NCBI GenBank assembly: GCA_049315825.1
Contig: JBMOJK010000017.1
Coordinates: 1-21,697, forward strand
Source: Patescibacteria group bacterium
GTDB taxonomy: Bacteria > Patescibacteriota > Gracilibacteria > BD1-5 > UBA2023
Length of the DNA: 21,697 nt
Direction: 5' to 3'
Part shown: positions 1 to 10,950 of the stretch, in pieces
Layout of the letters: every line of letters begins with the position of its first letter
Position numbering within the stretch: position 1 is the first letter of the stretch
The notes under the pieces: generated by a model
What the model saw: the letters and a program-made list of their open reading frames with translations, nothing else
Databases searched by the model: none
What the model was told of the DNA's origin: nothing
Made by a program: the position numbers and the translations under genes

Positions 1-9
1 TTTAGTCAC

Positions 10-37
10 AATCCGCCGCTTTTTCGAGTGGCGGATT
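10..37. repeat. Inverted-repeat hairpin; possible terminator for a gene left of the window
   Basis: AATCCGCC (10-17) is the exact reverse complement of GGCGGATT (30-37). Two further pairs are possible (18/29 G-U, 19/28 C-G). No clean T-run follows on either strand. Confidence 0.3.
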
Positions 38-127
38 CGTGCAATATACTCGTTTATTCGATCTTTCATGAGTTATTATCTCAGTCTGTATATCTTCTCA
101 ACGTTGTTTGCGTTGTATGGATGAGGG

Positions 128-2167
128 ATGGTATTTCGTAAATACCAAAACATTTCAGGCTTTATGTTTCTCCTGTTTACGGTATTTGCATGTGTGTGGT
201 TTATGCTGTATTTCCTGTTTTTTTCAGGAGTACCCGAGGTGAGTTCACTCCTTACGATCACACGAACCAATTTCGTAGCTGGGATCTTCGGCGTATACAG
301 CCTGCTTGGATTTATCTATTTCTTCAATACGAAGCCTACAAAGATCTTCACGCGAGAGGTCTGATATATTGCTATCGCATTTTGTCTGCTGGGGAGTCTG
401 TATATCGGGACGGATTGGATTATTGCAGGGCTTTTTTATGAAGAGTCGAGTCGTGTCTTCCGTGAAATTCCAGGGAAGTTCTTCGTATTGCATATTGGAT
501 TGCATCTGTTGTGCCTGTTTCTGTTTTTCTATTTCTACTTTCGACAACTCACGAAACAAACCTATCTCAATCGGATACGACTCAGAAACATCTTGATGGC
601 TGCGTTCTTCTTGATTGTATTCCTGGTGGTATTCCAGCTTATTCTGCCAGCATTTGGGATATGGATACTGGAGAAAGAAGTGGTGTTTTCACTCACACTC
701 TTTGTCTTGTATATCAACTTCACGATCAATCGATATTACTTCTCTCGAGGATACAACTTGGGTCGTGTGACGATCGCAATCCTTTCTATCGCAATCAGTC
801 TTTTGATCTTCAATCTCATCAAGACCGGATATTTGCCAAAATATAGCAACATACTCACGAGTTATTGGAATATAGCAGATAATTATTCACTGCTTGATCC
901 TGCGCTCGGGATGGTGATATTCTCGGCAGTGAATTTTGTCATGCGCAAACTTTTGCTAGGAAGCGCCTACAAGAAAGAGCTCAAAAATAAAATCCAAGAA
1001 CTCTACAAAAGTATCTCGCATGCTACGACATTTGTTCGACTTAATATGTATACGAGCCGAGGGATTCGCAGACTTTTTAAGACAAATTTTGCTGAAATTA
1101 TCCTATTTCCAGAAGTTGGACAGACGGAACTGCAGCAATTCTTTGAGAATAATCTTCGTGAGAAGATGTTTATCAATGATCTCGTATTTCTTGAGGAGAA
1201 CAAAACAAAGTTCGATACACAGAAAATTCTCGAAGAAATCCCAGAAGAGGCATTTCTCATACTTCCGATCTACAATCGTGAGGAAGATAAATGCCGCGGT
1301 GTGTTGATCCTTGGAATCAAGAAATTTGGAGATTTCTACGATACACAAGAGATCGAGATGCTACAGGATTTCGTGTTTGGACTTGGTTTGTACATCAAAT
1401 ACATCAAAACCTATGCGCAAATCCGCGATCTCTCGATCAATCTCGACAAGCGTGTTGATGAAAAAACGATGGAATACAATCACCTCATCAATCGACAAAA
1501 AGAATTCATTAGCATTATTTCTCACGAGATAAAGTCACCACTTTCTACCGCCATTTTCCAGGCAGATAGCATGCTCGATGATCTAGAAAATGACGAACTT
1601 CCACCCTCTGTCCTCAAGTCTGAGCTCACCCTACTCAATAATCAGCTCATCAAAACAGGAGAGCTCATTTCGACGCTTTTCTCGGTGCAGTATTTCGAAA
1701 CACATTCGGTCTCACTTTTTCGAGAAAATGTGCAAATTAGCTATTTATTACAGACAGAATTTGATATATACTGTCGCGTGCATGAACACATTACGTTCAT
1801 AAACAAGATCAGTAATCAGATTGGATTCGCTTCTATCGACCGTATCCAGCTCCAACAAGTGATCACAAATATCCTAGGAAATGCTGTAAAATTCCTAGAC
1901 AAACAAAAACCCATGATCATGATGGAAGCTCAGAAGATAGACGGATTTCTTCATATTGCGATCGAGGACAACGGGAAGGGTTTTGAGTGAATCGACGCAA
2001 AAAGCCTGTTTGAAAAATACACCACATTCGGTGGCGAATCTTCTGGACTTGGTATGTGACTCTATCTCTGCAAAAAGATTGTAGAAATGCACGACGGAGA
2101 AATCACTGCAGGTGTTTGACAGACACTCGGCTGAGCTCGTTTCACCATTCGTATTCCTGTGCAATAG
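128..2167 (+). CDS. Membrane-bound sensor histidine kinase (multi-TM N-terminus, GAF-like segment, HisKA, HATPase_c)
   Basis: Track ORFs 128..364 and 488..1990 and the tail 1991..2167 share one frame. They are separated only by TGA (362, 1988, 2057, 2117, 2132), and the first real stop is TAG 2165-2167. The N-terminal ~240 aa are hydrophobic. Motifs seen: H-box SHEIKSPL, N-box NILGNAVKF, G1 DNGKGFE[TGA], G2 GLGM[TGA]LYLCKKIVEMHDGEI. The start is uncertain: ATG 128 was chosen, and ATG 68 and ATG 596 are in-frame alternatives. Confidence 0.88.
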
Positions 2168-2183
2168 CACTAAATACCGTGAC

Positions 2184-2912
2184 ATGAATATCCTCATTGT
2201 CGAGGATGATGCATTCCTTGCCGGAAAAATCTGAAAAATATTCGAGTCAAAGGTCATTTCCAATCGAGTACGAGTAATTAACTCGTTTGCGCAATTCATG
2301 CGAGAATCAACAACGCTCGCATCCTATGATATCGTTTTGACAGATCTCAAATTACTCGATGCATCAAAGGAATTGTGTGGCTACAAAGTGATCCGTACCA
2401 TACGAGCACAAAAGCTTACTATCCCCATAGTAGTGATCAGTGGCATGAGCGATATAGATCGACTTCGTGAGGCATTTGACTATGGTGCGAGCGATTATCT
2501 CGTGAAGCCCGTCAGACTCAAAGAGCTTGAGTTGCGAGTTTCAAATTGGTACAAAAACTATCAGCTCTCTAAGCTCACTTCTGCCTGAAAAGGAAATATC
2601 TATCACTACAAAGATCTCAGCTATCATCTCGACAAGAACGAATTCTACTTCAAAGAAACCCACATCCCACTCACAAAAAACAACAAATACATCCTCTCGC
2701 TCTTCTTTACATCTCCCGAAAGTCTTCTCAAAGAATCTTTTCTCATAGAAAAGATCTGGTGAGACCTGTGTGTAAGTGTAGATCGAAACCTGCGCGTGAA
2801 TATTTTGAGATTAAAAAATTCCCTCACCCCATTCGGAATCGATGGATGGATCAGGAATGTTCGTGGCGAAGGATATGTATTTTCTGAGCGGGATGGGACT
2901 CGATTATTCTAG
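2184..2912 (+). CDS. OmpR-family response regulator (receiver plus winged-helix)
   Basis: ATG 2184 lies 16 nt after the kinase stop. In-frame TGA at 2232, 2586 and 2760; stop TAG 2910-2912. The receiver segment reads MNILIVEDD...DIVLTDLKL...VVISG...DYLVKP. The C-terminus LRVNILRLKNSL...VRGEGYVF is the typical OmpR winged-helix tail. Confidence 0.9.
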
Positions 2913-3566
2913 GATGTACCCCTGACCGTAGAGTGTTTTGGGTGAGAATTCTTTGCCGAGTTTTTTGCGCAGTTTTGAGAGGGTGACATTGATGGTATTG
3001 TCACTGATCATCTCGCTGTTCTGTCACCAAGCCTGTGTGATCATCTTTTCTCGACTAATGATACTCCCACGATTCATAAGAAATGTCTCGAACAAAAGAC
3101 TCTCTGTCTTCGTAAGATAGACTTCATGCTCGCCGATGCGAGCTTTTTTTGTGAGCTGATCGAAGATGATATCACCACACTTGATTTCTTTGCTTTCAAC
3201 AAAATTGTTCGGACGTCGGAACATCGCCTTGATGCGAGCAATCAACTCCTCTGGAATGAGGGGTTTGATGATATAGTCGTCTGCTCCGATATCCAGTCCA
3301 TAGATGATATTCTCGCTGTCGCCGTATCCTGACACCATGATGATGGGAACTTGAGACTGGTTATTCTTGCGAAGCCATTTGATGATATCAAATCCACTTC
3401 CGTCGCCGAGCGAGACGTCTACGATATAGAGCTGTGATTCTGCGTTTCCGTTACGCATGAAGTCCTCGTAGCCATAATACGCACTCGCGACGTACCCATT
3501 GCTCTCAAGCTTCTTAATAATTTTGCTTACAAGGAGTTTTTCGTCGTCGATGATTGATATATGCAT
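2904..3566 (-). CDS. OmpR-family response regulator; last gene of the long minus-strand operon
   Basis: Track ORF 3024..3566 continues through TGA (3024-3026) to TAA at 2904-2906. Receiver: MHISIIDDE...YIVDVSLGDGSG...IIMVSG...DYIIKP. Tail: INVTLSKLRKKLGKEF...LYGQGYILE. It overlaps the convergent gene 2184..2912 by 9 nt. Confidence 0.9.
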
Positions 3567-3630
3567 ACGTTAGACAGGCAATAAATTCGACTCAATTATA
3601 GTGAAATTTGAGATTTTACCAGCTCTGCTC

Positions 3631-6003
3631 TTATGATTCATCGGGAAGAACCATGGGGAGCGAGAACGAGAAATTCGATCATTTTCAAGGCGTACTGGTT
3701 ACAACTATTTTCCCTCACATCTGTGTAACAATTTCTTGAGAAATGGCGAGTCAGAGTCCTGTTCCGGTGTGTGATCGAGTAAATACATTGTCGAGTTGGG
3801 AGAATTTTGAGAATATCTTCTTCATACCATCCTCCGATATCCCTATTCCGGTATCGATGACTTCGATCTTGAGTCGATGTGTGCGCGGTATGTGGGATGT
3901 TCGAATCGTAATCGTTCCGCCTGCTTGGGTGAATTTAAAGGCATTTCCGATGAGATTTACGAGCACTTGCTTGAGGAGATTGCGATCTGTGTGGACTATT
4001 CCATCCGTCTCGGCCTCCAGTATCAAATCAAGGCCGTGTGATTTTGATACATTCTCGTACTCGTATTGGAGTTCTGCGAGGAAGACTTGTATTGGTATGT
4101 CCACAGTATCGAACTCCATGCTACGGGATTCGAGTTTTGCGATGTTGAGCATGTCGTTGATGAGTTTGATGAGCCTGTTGCTCGAGTTCAGCATGACGCT
4201 GAGTGGCTTTTGCATCTTGGGTGTAATGCTTCCAAAATCTCCATCGAGTAGCATGGAAGTATACCCCTTGATAGAGGTCAATGGCGTGCGCAGTTCATGG
4301 GATGCAATGTTGATGAAGTCATCCTTGAGAGCATTGAGATCTTCGAGGTGCTTGCGTTCTTTTTCGAGGGAATGATATTCTCGCATATCCATCATCATCC
4401 CAACGCTTCCAGCGCTTCCGAGTGGTATTCCGGTCAGTCGCACGGGGATGATCTCACCGTTCTTAGCAAGGAGTTCTACTTCGTATTCAGATCGTTCTCA
4501 CTGTTGGCGAAGTGTGACGTGATGCTGTATTGCATTCCAGCTTTCTGGTGTAAAGAATTCAAATGATTTCTTCCCAATTGCTTCTTCTGGAGTGTATTGT
4601 GACAGCTCGGTGAACAGACGATTGACTGACATGGTCGTCTCATTGATGTCACCCATCCATATAGCAACCGTCGAATTATCAATGATATCCTTGTATGATT
4701 CGCTGTAGAGTTGGTGAGTAGTGCTGATTTCTTTGTCTTTGTTTTCGATATCGTACTGCAGTGCATGGTTTGCATCCTCGAGTTCTGTCGAGGTGACATT
4801 GACGAGATGGAGAAGTGCTTGGATTGTGTCGATGTATCGACGGTTTTTAGTAGATACAAAGGGTGTTTCAGACTGTGGAGTTTGCCTAATGTAACCAGGA
4901 TGCTCAGTAAGAGTAAGGACAGTCATGGTTTGGTTGAGAAATTCATTCCCGCAATTGCTATGAAAAAATTCCCCATATGTAAAAAAACCACTCGTTGGAG
5001 CAATGCTCTCCAGCGGCTGCATTTCTCGGGCGATGTGTTCTTGTAGAAATCTACGACGCGCCATACAAGAATACACAAAAAATGTCTCTACAGAACAACC
5101 CAGAAATCGTTCATAGATTTTGTGTGATGTATCGAGGATGAGTCTCGCATCTCCGAGTCCGAATTGAACAGTCTCTCACTCACGAATATTTCCTCCAAAA
5201 GTGAGCGATCCATCATCGTGTTTACTTAGCGGACCACGTGCGATCTTTTGGCCATTCTTGAGGATGATGAGTGGGAATTCGTTGCCGATAGCAGGAAGTC
5301 GCTCGGCTGTGTTATTGCCGAGGTATTTTCGATAGATATCTACCGTTGGGATTCCATCTATCTCGTATACGCGGTTACGCACGGATTTTGTGATGGTGAG
5401 TTTCTTTCCGATGCTCATCCAATCAAATGCATAATCTGTTATTGCGGTGATTTCTTTTCCATAAAGCCCCGCAGCCACTATCCCATTTTCGAGAAAAACT
5501 TCTTCAGTAAATACATAGGTTCCTGTAAATGTTCCGTTGTCTCCAGCGAGTCCTCAGGAAACTGTTACATCAGGAAGAATGCTTTCAAATCCTTGTAAAA
5601 GTTCCTCGCCATTTGTGAGAAGTCCCTCTGCAAATATGATCGCAACTTTGAGATCTTTTGCACTCAACGATCGAGCTATACGAGACCCATCTTGTGAGCT
5701 TTGGTCATGAGTGGATTTCGTGTATGTAGTACGTATGTGTGTATGTTCAAATACGCTAAATGTTATCAAAATGCTCGAGCTTTCAACATCCCCCCTTAGG
5801 ATTTCTCAGTCTGTTGTTGTTCCGAGTATTTTTGCGTTGGGAAGGGAAGTGATGAGGTGGGATCGAACGTCTTGGAGTATCGCTGGATCGAGTACACCAG
5901 AAAAAACCTGCACGAGTACATGTTTCTCGTTTTTGAGTCCGTGCTGTTCCTCGAATGCACTGAGTGCATCATGCGAAGAAAATACGTGAGAAATGGTATG
6001 CAT
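3631..6003 (-). CDS. FIST-PAS-HisKA-HATPase sensor histidine kinase (790 aa)
   Basis: Five track ORFs (5806..6003, 5554..5769, 5176..5478, 4498..5076, 3751..4443) share one frame, and every break between them is TGA (5806, 5554, 5176, 4498, 3751). Three more TGAs (3715, 3685, 3679) fall in the tail before TAA 3631-3633. FIST-type motifs: S[TGA]GLAGDNG, FSC..ARR-like YSCMARRRF, GFFTYGEFF. After a PAS-like segment come H-box ASHELRTPL, N-box LIGNAFKF, G1 DTGIGI and G2 GTGL[TGA]LAISQEIVTQM[TGA]GKI...P[TGA]K[TGA]SNFSF. Confidence 0.9.
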
Positions 6004-6011
6004 AAAACAAT

Positions 6012-6521
6012 CTAATGCTCAGGAGTTCCACGGCTGAGGTCTACTGTCACACGGATATTGTGCTGGCAGTTTGGACAATGAGATTCCACTACAAAACAGG
6101 TATTGTTCTGTGGATTTGGAAGAATGGCACAGTGCTCTGCGGTTTCATTGAGGCCAAGGAGCTCGCTGATGAGATCGAGTGCTTGTTTTGGGGTAGTATC
6201 AGCCTTTGTAAGGTAGGAATCTGCTCACATTTTCATGCATTCATCGATCTCAGCTTTGCTGTTGAGGTTAGAGAACATGATGATCTTGGTTTTGAGGGTA
6301 GGCGCAAGTCGGCGTATAGTAGAGAGCGTTTCAATTCCATCCATCGAAGGCATCATGATATCCATCAAGATTACATCAGGTGTAAACTCGGTAATATCTG
6401 TGATTGCTGTGATTCCGTTTGTACAGATTTCTACTTCAAATCCTGCGGCTTCGAACTTTGTTCTGTACATTGCTGAGAGTGCTTCGTCGTCCTCGACGAG
6501 CATGATCCTTTTCTTGTTCAT
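6012..6521 (-). CDS. Single-domain response regulator (receiver) with a Cys-containing C-terminal tail
   Basis: ATG 6521; TGA at 6225 falls in the canonical M[G]ADSYLTKA; stop TAG 6012-6014. Phospho-acceptor context VILMDIMMP. The tail reads HCAILPNPQNNTCFVVESHCPNCQHNIRVTV. The stop lies 8 nt before the FIST kinase start. Confidence 0.88.
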
Positions 6522-6548
6522 GATACAAAAGAAATGAATGCGTTCGTA

Positions 6549-7040
6549 TTAGGAGGTGACTGATTCGATGTGTATTGTGGAAGCAAATTGTGTGCCGCAA
6601 CAGGGGCAGGTTATATTGCTATGTGGTTCTTTGATGGGCTTGTATTCAGTATTTGATTCACTCATAGTTATGAGATCATGCACGCGGGCGAATATTTTTC
6701 CTGGAGTGTTTTCAGCTTTGATGATATATCCGTCAGCTCAGAGACTCATGCACCGCTCTACATGCTCAGTTCCGCTGAGATTGCTAAATACAAGAATTTT
6801 AGTCTGTACCGATGGTGCAAGTTTTCGCATGACCCGAAGCGTTTCGAAGCCGTCCATCTGCGGCATCATGATATCCAGCAAGATAACACTCGGATGAAAA
6901 CCATCAAGCATCGTCACTGCTTCGAGTCCATTCGTGCAGGTGAGAACCTCGTATCCTTCACGGACAAATTTCTCACTATAGAGATCTAAGAGTACCTGCT
7001 GATCTTCTACGATCATAATCTTGTATTTTTGATCTGTCAT
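6549..7040 (-). CDS. Single-domain response regulator (receiver) with a CPCC tail; paralog of 6012..6521
   Basis: ATG 7040 (the track's TTG at 7052 is an alternative). TGA at 6738 falls in L[G]ADGYIIKA; stop TAA 6549-6551. Phospho-acceptor context VILLDIMMP. The tail NITCPCCGTQFASTIHIE aligns with the CPNC tail of the neighbouring gene. Confidence 0.88.
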
Positions 7041-7098
7041 GCAAGGAGGCAAAAGTGTATATATTGCATATTACTCTTCTTTTTTTCGACATGCAAGG

Positions 7099-9822
7099 TT
7101 AGCATTTTTTCCGGATTGCATCGGTATTTACCCAAGATGGTCGAATGTATGGACTATTGATGATATCTCTGATGGAAGTGCCGTCCATTTCGCGATAATC
7201 GAGGAGTGCCTTGGCATCAATGTGGCGGTATTTGATTAATTCATTAGGATTTTTTCCTAATTCGAGCATTTTTTCTTGAAAATCATTGATCATTGAATTT
7301 ATAGATGTTTCAAAGAAACCTTCAAAAAGTCATTCTAATTGACTTCCGGATTCGCCTGAAAGTATCTTGTCTCCAATCTGTAAGAATGTCAGTATTTCAG
7401 TTACATTCCACTCAAATACATCGTGATTTCGGAAGCTTGCTGCGATGAATCTACGCAAGAATGCTTCGTATTGGAAAAATGTAGTTGCTGCAGCTTCTTC
7501 GATTGGTACTACTACCATGCCATCCTGAACGTGCTCATGGAGTACATCTTCGGACATAAAAGGCGCGATCTCTATGAATGCTGATAGGAAAGTATTGGTC
7601 TTTGGATTATAAATCAATCGAGTACGAACCTTGTCAGGGAACTGCTTTGTGAGCTTGTGGAGTTCTTTGACGCGCGGTATGCCGGTGTATGATGCATGGA
7701 CTCATTCTTCGAGAAATGCTGCCCCTGGTGACGAAAAATTCGCAACAAAAGAGTGAAGATTGTTGTAGAAATCTTCCGATGAAAGATGCGAAGTCGACCG
7801 GATACCCAGCTGAAAATCTGCAAATCTTAAAAGCGGACTCGACGGATTGAATGAAGAAAAATCCGACACATAAATTCGCCCAAAGAACTTGTGAAAAAAT
7901 TTATGAAAGTCTCGTTTAATGAGATCGGTGAGAAGTTTTACGATCTCTCATGCGTGCAGGGTGATGTACTCTTGTGCTGCAGGATGAATATTCTCCATAT
8001 TCTCGTTTGAGAACATGAGTGTGTGGTCGAGGAACATCGAAGACTTTGCAACTGCCTTTGTTGGATCGAGAACCAGATGTTCAAGTGCGTACAGGAGTCG
8101 ACTATATACCGTCGGTATATTTATATTCTTGTAGATGAGAATCGTCTCTTGTACAAAAAGCATGAGTGCTTCGTCCGGAATGTGCTCCGTTTCTGGGAGT
8201 GTCTTGAGCGTATGATAAAGATCAAAATATACCGCATTTCCTACTCCGTATATAATCGTATCAGTGTGGTGCAATGCTTCATAGAGCTCACCCATGAGAG
8301 CTCCAATGCCAGGGCCAAGCTCACGAACAATATGGAGTCGATTTCCTTCTCGTGCACGCATATGAATACCATGTGTTCGGATGAGTTCGGCAATATTCTT
8401 AACGCCTGCAAGCTTCGATGACTCTAGATTTCATCGATCTACTTTCCAGTCGGGATAGATATTGAGTGCAAGGTTTCCGGAGTGATCGTATGCTTTGAGA
8501 ATATCAGGCGACTGATTATTGGGAAAGCTTTGCACGTGATTTCTTCTTTGTGCTTTATCGAGCAGGATGGCAGCCTGTTCTCATACGGATGCTTGAAGGT
8601 CTTGTATGGCAAAATTATACGCATCTGCCTTTTGTATATCAGTATTGCGTTCTTTGAGTCGATGAGCAAGTCTTACTTCGGATTCTGCTGATTCACGTAA
8701 ACTTCGTGCAAATGCGAGAAGTGCAAACGTAAAAAACTCCCGCCCGAGCCCCTTTGGATGATCTTCGCGCGGATCAAAGTGACGCAAAATATTGATGATA
8801 TCCTCGCTGTATCCAGCTACGAGTTTGAGCGTGAGGGGAGAGAGTTTTTCTTGGATTTCTGCTGCGTCTTTTTGGAGATCAAGCTCGAAATGTGGCTGTA
8901 TCGCGAGTATGCGACCGTTGCGTATTCCAGATGCAACAATCCCACCCGTGATGTCATCGGTCATCAGTGGGATGATCGATGGATGCGGACGCTTGTTGGT
9001 CGAAAGATCGATCGTTACAATATGACGTGTACGTGTTTGTGGAACTGAGAGTTTCACTGCTTCTCCTGGTCGACTATTTCCGCTAATTCCGCGGAAAATA
9101 TCCTGATAGATCTTTGGTGCAGTGGTGTCGATTTTGAGAGTAGTTGGAAAATACCCATACTGTGCAGGTCACTGAATTGCCATTGCGATGCGGGGGTCTT
9201 CAGCATTGGCCATTCCAATCAGATTCACTCAAACTTGTTGACTGAAACATATGAACATGTGTCTCACATTTCCTCCTTCGCCCGGTGCAGTTGCTGCGGC
9301 GCGTACACTCTGAGCAAAAGCTCCACGATAGTAGCTCGTTGGCACTTTGTCAGGATCTGATAAGCTTCCCCCAGATATGATGATCCCTTTATCTGGATAA
9401 TCATTCATCTCAGGAGTGGGATCTTCGTAGTTCACTCGCGTAACAGAGACATATTCCTCATATGTTTTTTGATCTCAGAATACGTCTATGAGCGCGCGCT
9501 CCAGCAGATCATTCGTAAAACAGCCGTCTCGTTGAAGTGAAATCGGCAATACACCGTTGTAGAGCTTCTTGAGATGTTCGAGTTCTTGGATGAGATCATG
9601 ACGCGCGAACTCTAGATTGAGATCTGTGCAGTGTCAGAGATTGTCAGGAAGGGGAGTGCCAATAAGTTCTACTTTTCAACTCATTCGTGAGCTTTTTTCC
9701 ACTGCTGCTGATACTGCGCCTTGGATAATAGGCGTCACTAAACCAAGCGTCCCTGCGTATTCCGGATCTGATGAGGGATTGCTTTTTCCGACAAAGGGAA
9801 ATATAGGAGGAACGGTCAGCAT
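7099..9822 (-). CDS. Large (907 aa) multidomain protein of unknown function. The N-terminal region has class-I glutamine-amidotransferase-like motifs, and there is a central GxGxG Rossmann/MTase-like motif.
   Basis: Track ORFs 9229..9435, 8581..9057, 7948..8361, 7330..7617 and 7099..7293 are all in one frame. I walked every gap codon by codon, and the only interruptions are TGA (9676, 9634, 9475, 9229, 9169, 8581, 8431, 7948, 7702, 7330). ATG 9820-9822 directly abuts the TAG (9823-9825) of the upstream kinase; stop TAA 7099-7101. GATase1-like motifs: GIIISGGSLSDPD, HMFICFSQQVGVNLIG (putative nucleophile Cys), AIQPHFE (His-Glu). Later comes HIVRELGPGIGALMGEL. The functional assignment is tentative. 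Confidence 0.8.
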
Positions 9823-10950
9823 CTATATTTTTCGTAAAGTATCGAGTGTAAATGAGAACTCACTTCCTTCGCCTACAGTGGATTTCACGTCTAACTTTCC
9901 TCCAGTTCGGGCTATAATGATGCTTGAAATATAGAGTCCAAGTCCCGTGCCTGCTGTGCTTTTTTGGAGATAATTATCTACCTGACCAAACTTTTCGAAG
10001 ATACTTTCGAGGTTCTTTTCTGGTATCCCGATCCCCGTGTCTCGAACGAATATGCGGACTCTATTTTGGGCTTCAACGGTTGCTCCGAGTGTGATTGTTC
10101 CACCCTTTGGAGTGAATTTGAATGCATTTCCAAGAAGATTGATGATCACTTGTTTGAGCTTCCCAGGGTCAGCGATGATGCGTGTATCGGCCGAAGGAGG
10201 GTCTATTTGGAAGACGAGTCATCTTCCTTCGGGGATTGGCTTCATAGTTTCTGCTATTTCGCAGAGCAGTTCTGAAACGCTGATGTCTTGTGGATTAAAT
10301 CGCATAGCTTCTGCATCGAGCTTCGCAACATCGAGCATGTCGCCAACGAGCGCGATAAGTCGCTCGGCTTCGTTGTAGGCAATCGTGATGTATCGCTGCG
10401 CGGTTGGAGTGAGTTCACCAACATCTCCATCGAGTACCATAGAGAGATACCCCTTGATACTCGTGAGCGGAGTTCGAAGTTCATGACCCATTACAGAGAC
10501 GAAGTCATCCTTCATACGATTGAGTCGATCGAGCTTTTCGGCATGTTCTCGGATCGCCTTAATCTCGCGAAGGTCGGTGATGATCCCGGCGGTTCCGCCA
10601 TTGCCAAGAGGAGTTCCACTGAGAAATACTGGGATAAGTTCGCCAGTCTTGCTCTTGAGCATTCATTTATACTTCGAAGATTCGCCTGCATTGCGAAGCT
10701 TGTTGTTATTGCGAACGGTATTTGCACTTTCCTCATCCCAGAAAATATACGACTCCAAACCTATGATCTCATCGAGTTCATAGCCCACCATTCTGCAGAA
10801 ATTCGGATTTGCATAAACGGTTCGTTCGTGCTCATCTCCGATCCAAATACTCTCCGACATCGCATCGAGTATTGGGCGATATCAGATCTTCTCAAGGAAT
10901 GCTTTGGATTCTCGATGATAATCGGCAAGGTTTTCAGCTGGACTCGACAT
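9823..10950 (-). CDS. Cytoplasmic PAS-HisKA-HATPase histidine kinase (375 aa); first gene of the operon
   Basis: Track ORFs 10663..10860, 10219..10662 and 9823..10149 share one frame and are joined by TGA (10882, 10663, 10219). ATG 10948-10950 is preceded by an in-frame TAA (10960-10962); stop TAG 9823-9825. No hydrophobic N-terminus. Motifs: H-box MGHELRTPL, N-box LLGNAFKF, G1 DTGIGI, G2 GTGLGLYIS. Confidence 0.9.

Noticed and set aside
3743-4375. Long standard-code ORFs lying antisense to recognisable genes. This one is typical; others are 10288..10959 (+), 11601..12308 (-), 15648..15998 (+), 17614..17871 (+) and 6015..6476 (+).
   Set aside because: Each lies opposite a gene with clear family motifs (kinases, esterase, radical SAM, ATPase fragment, receiver). 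Their translations are low-complexity, rich in Ser, Cys and Arg, with no motifs. They are shadow ORFs.
6551-6557. Strong AGGAGG(T) motifs at 6551-6557 and 7043-7049 that look like Shine-Dalgarno sites.
   Set aside because: They are on the plus strand, inside intergenic gaps of a minus-strand operon. On the mRNA they read CCTCCT. No plausible plus-strand gene follows either one.
7038-7098. A 9-bp direct repeat CATGCAAGG at 7038-7046 and 7090-7098, flanking the gap between the 907-aa gene and the first receiver.
   Set aside because: It is a single short repeat pair with no further copies in the window. One copy simply overlaps the receiver start codon. That is too little to call a regulatory element.
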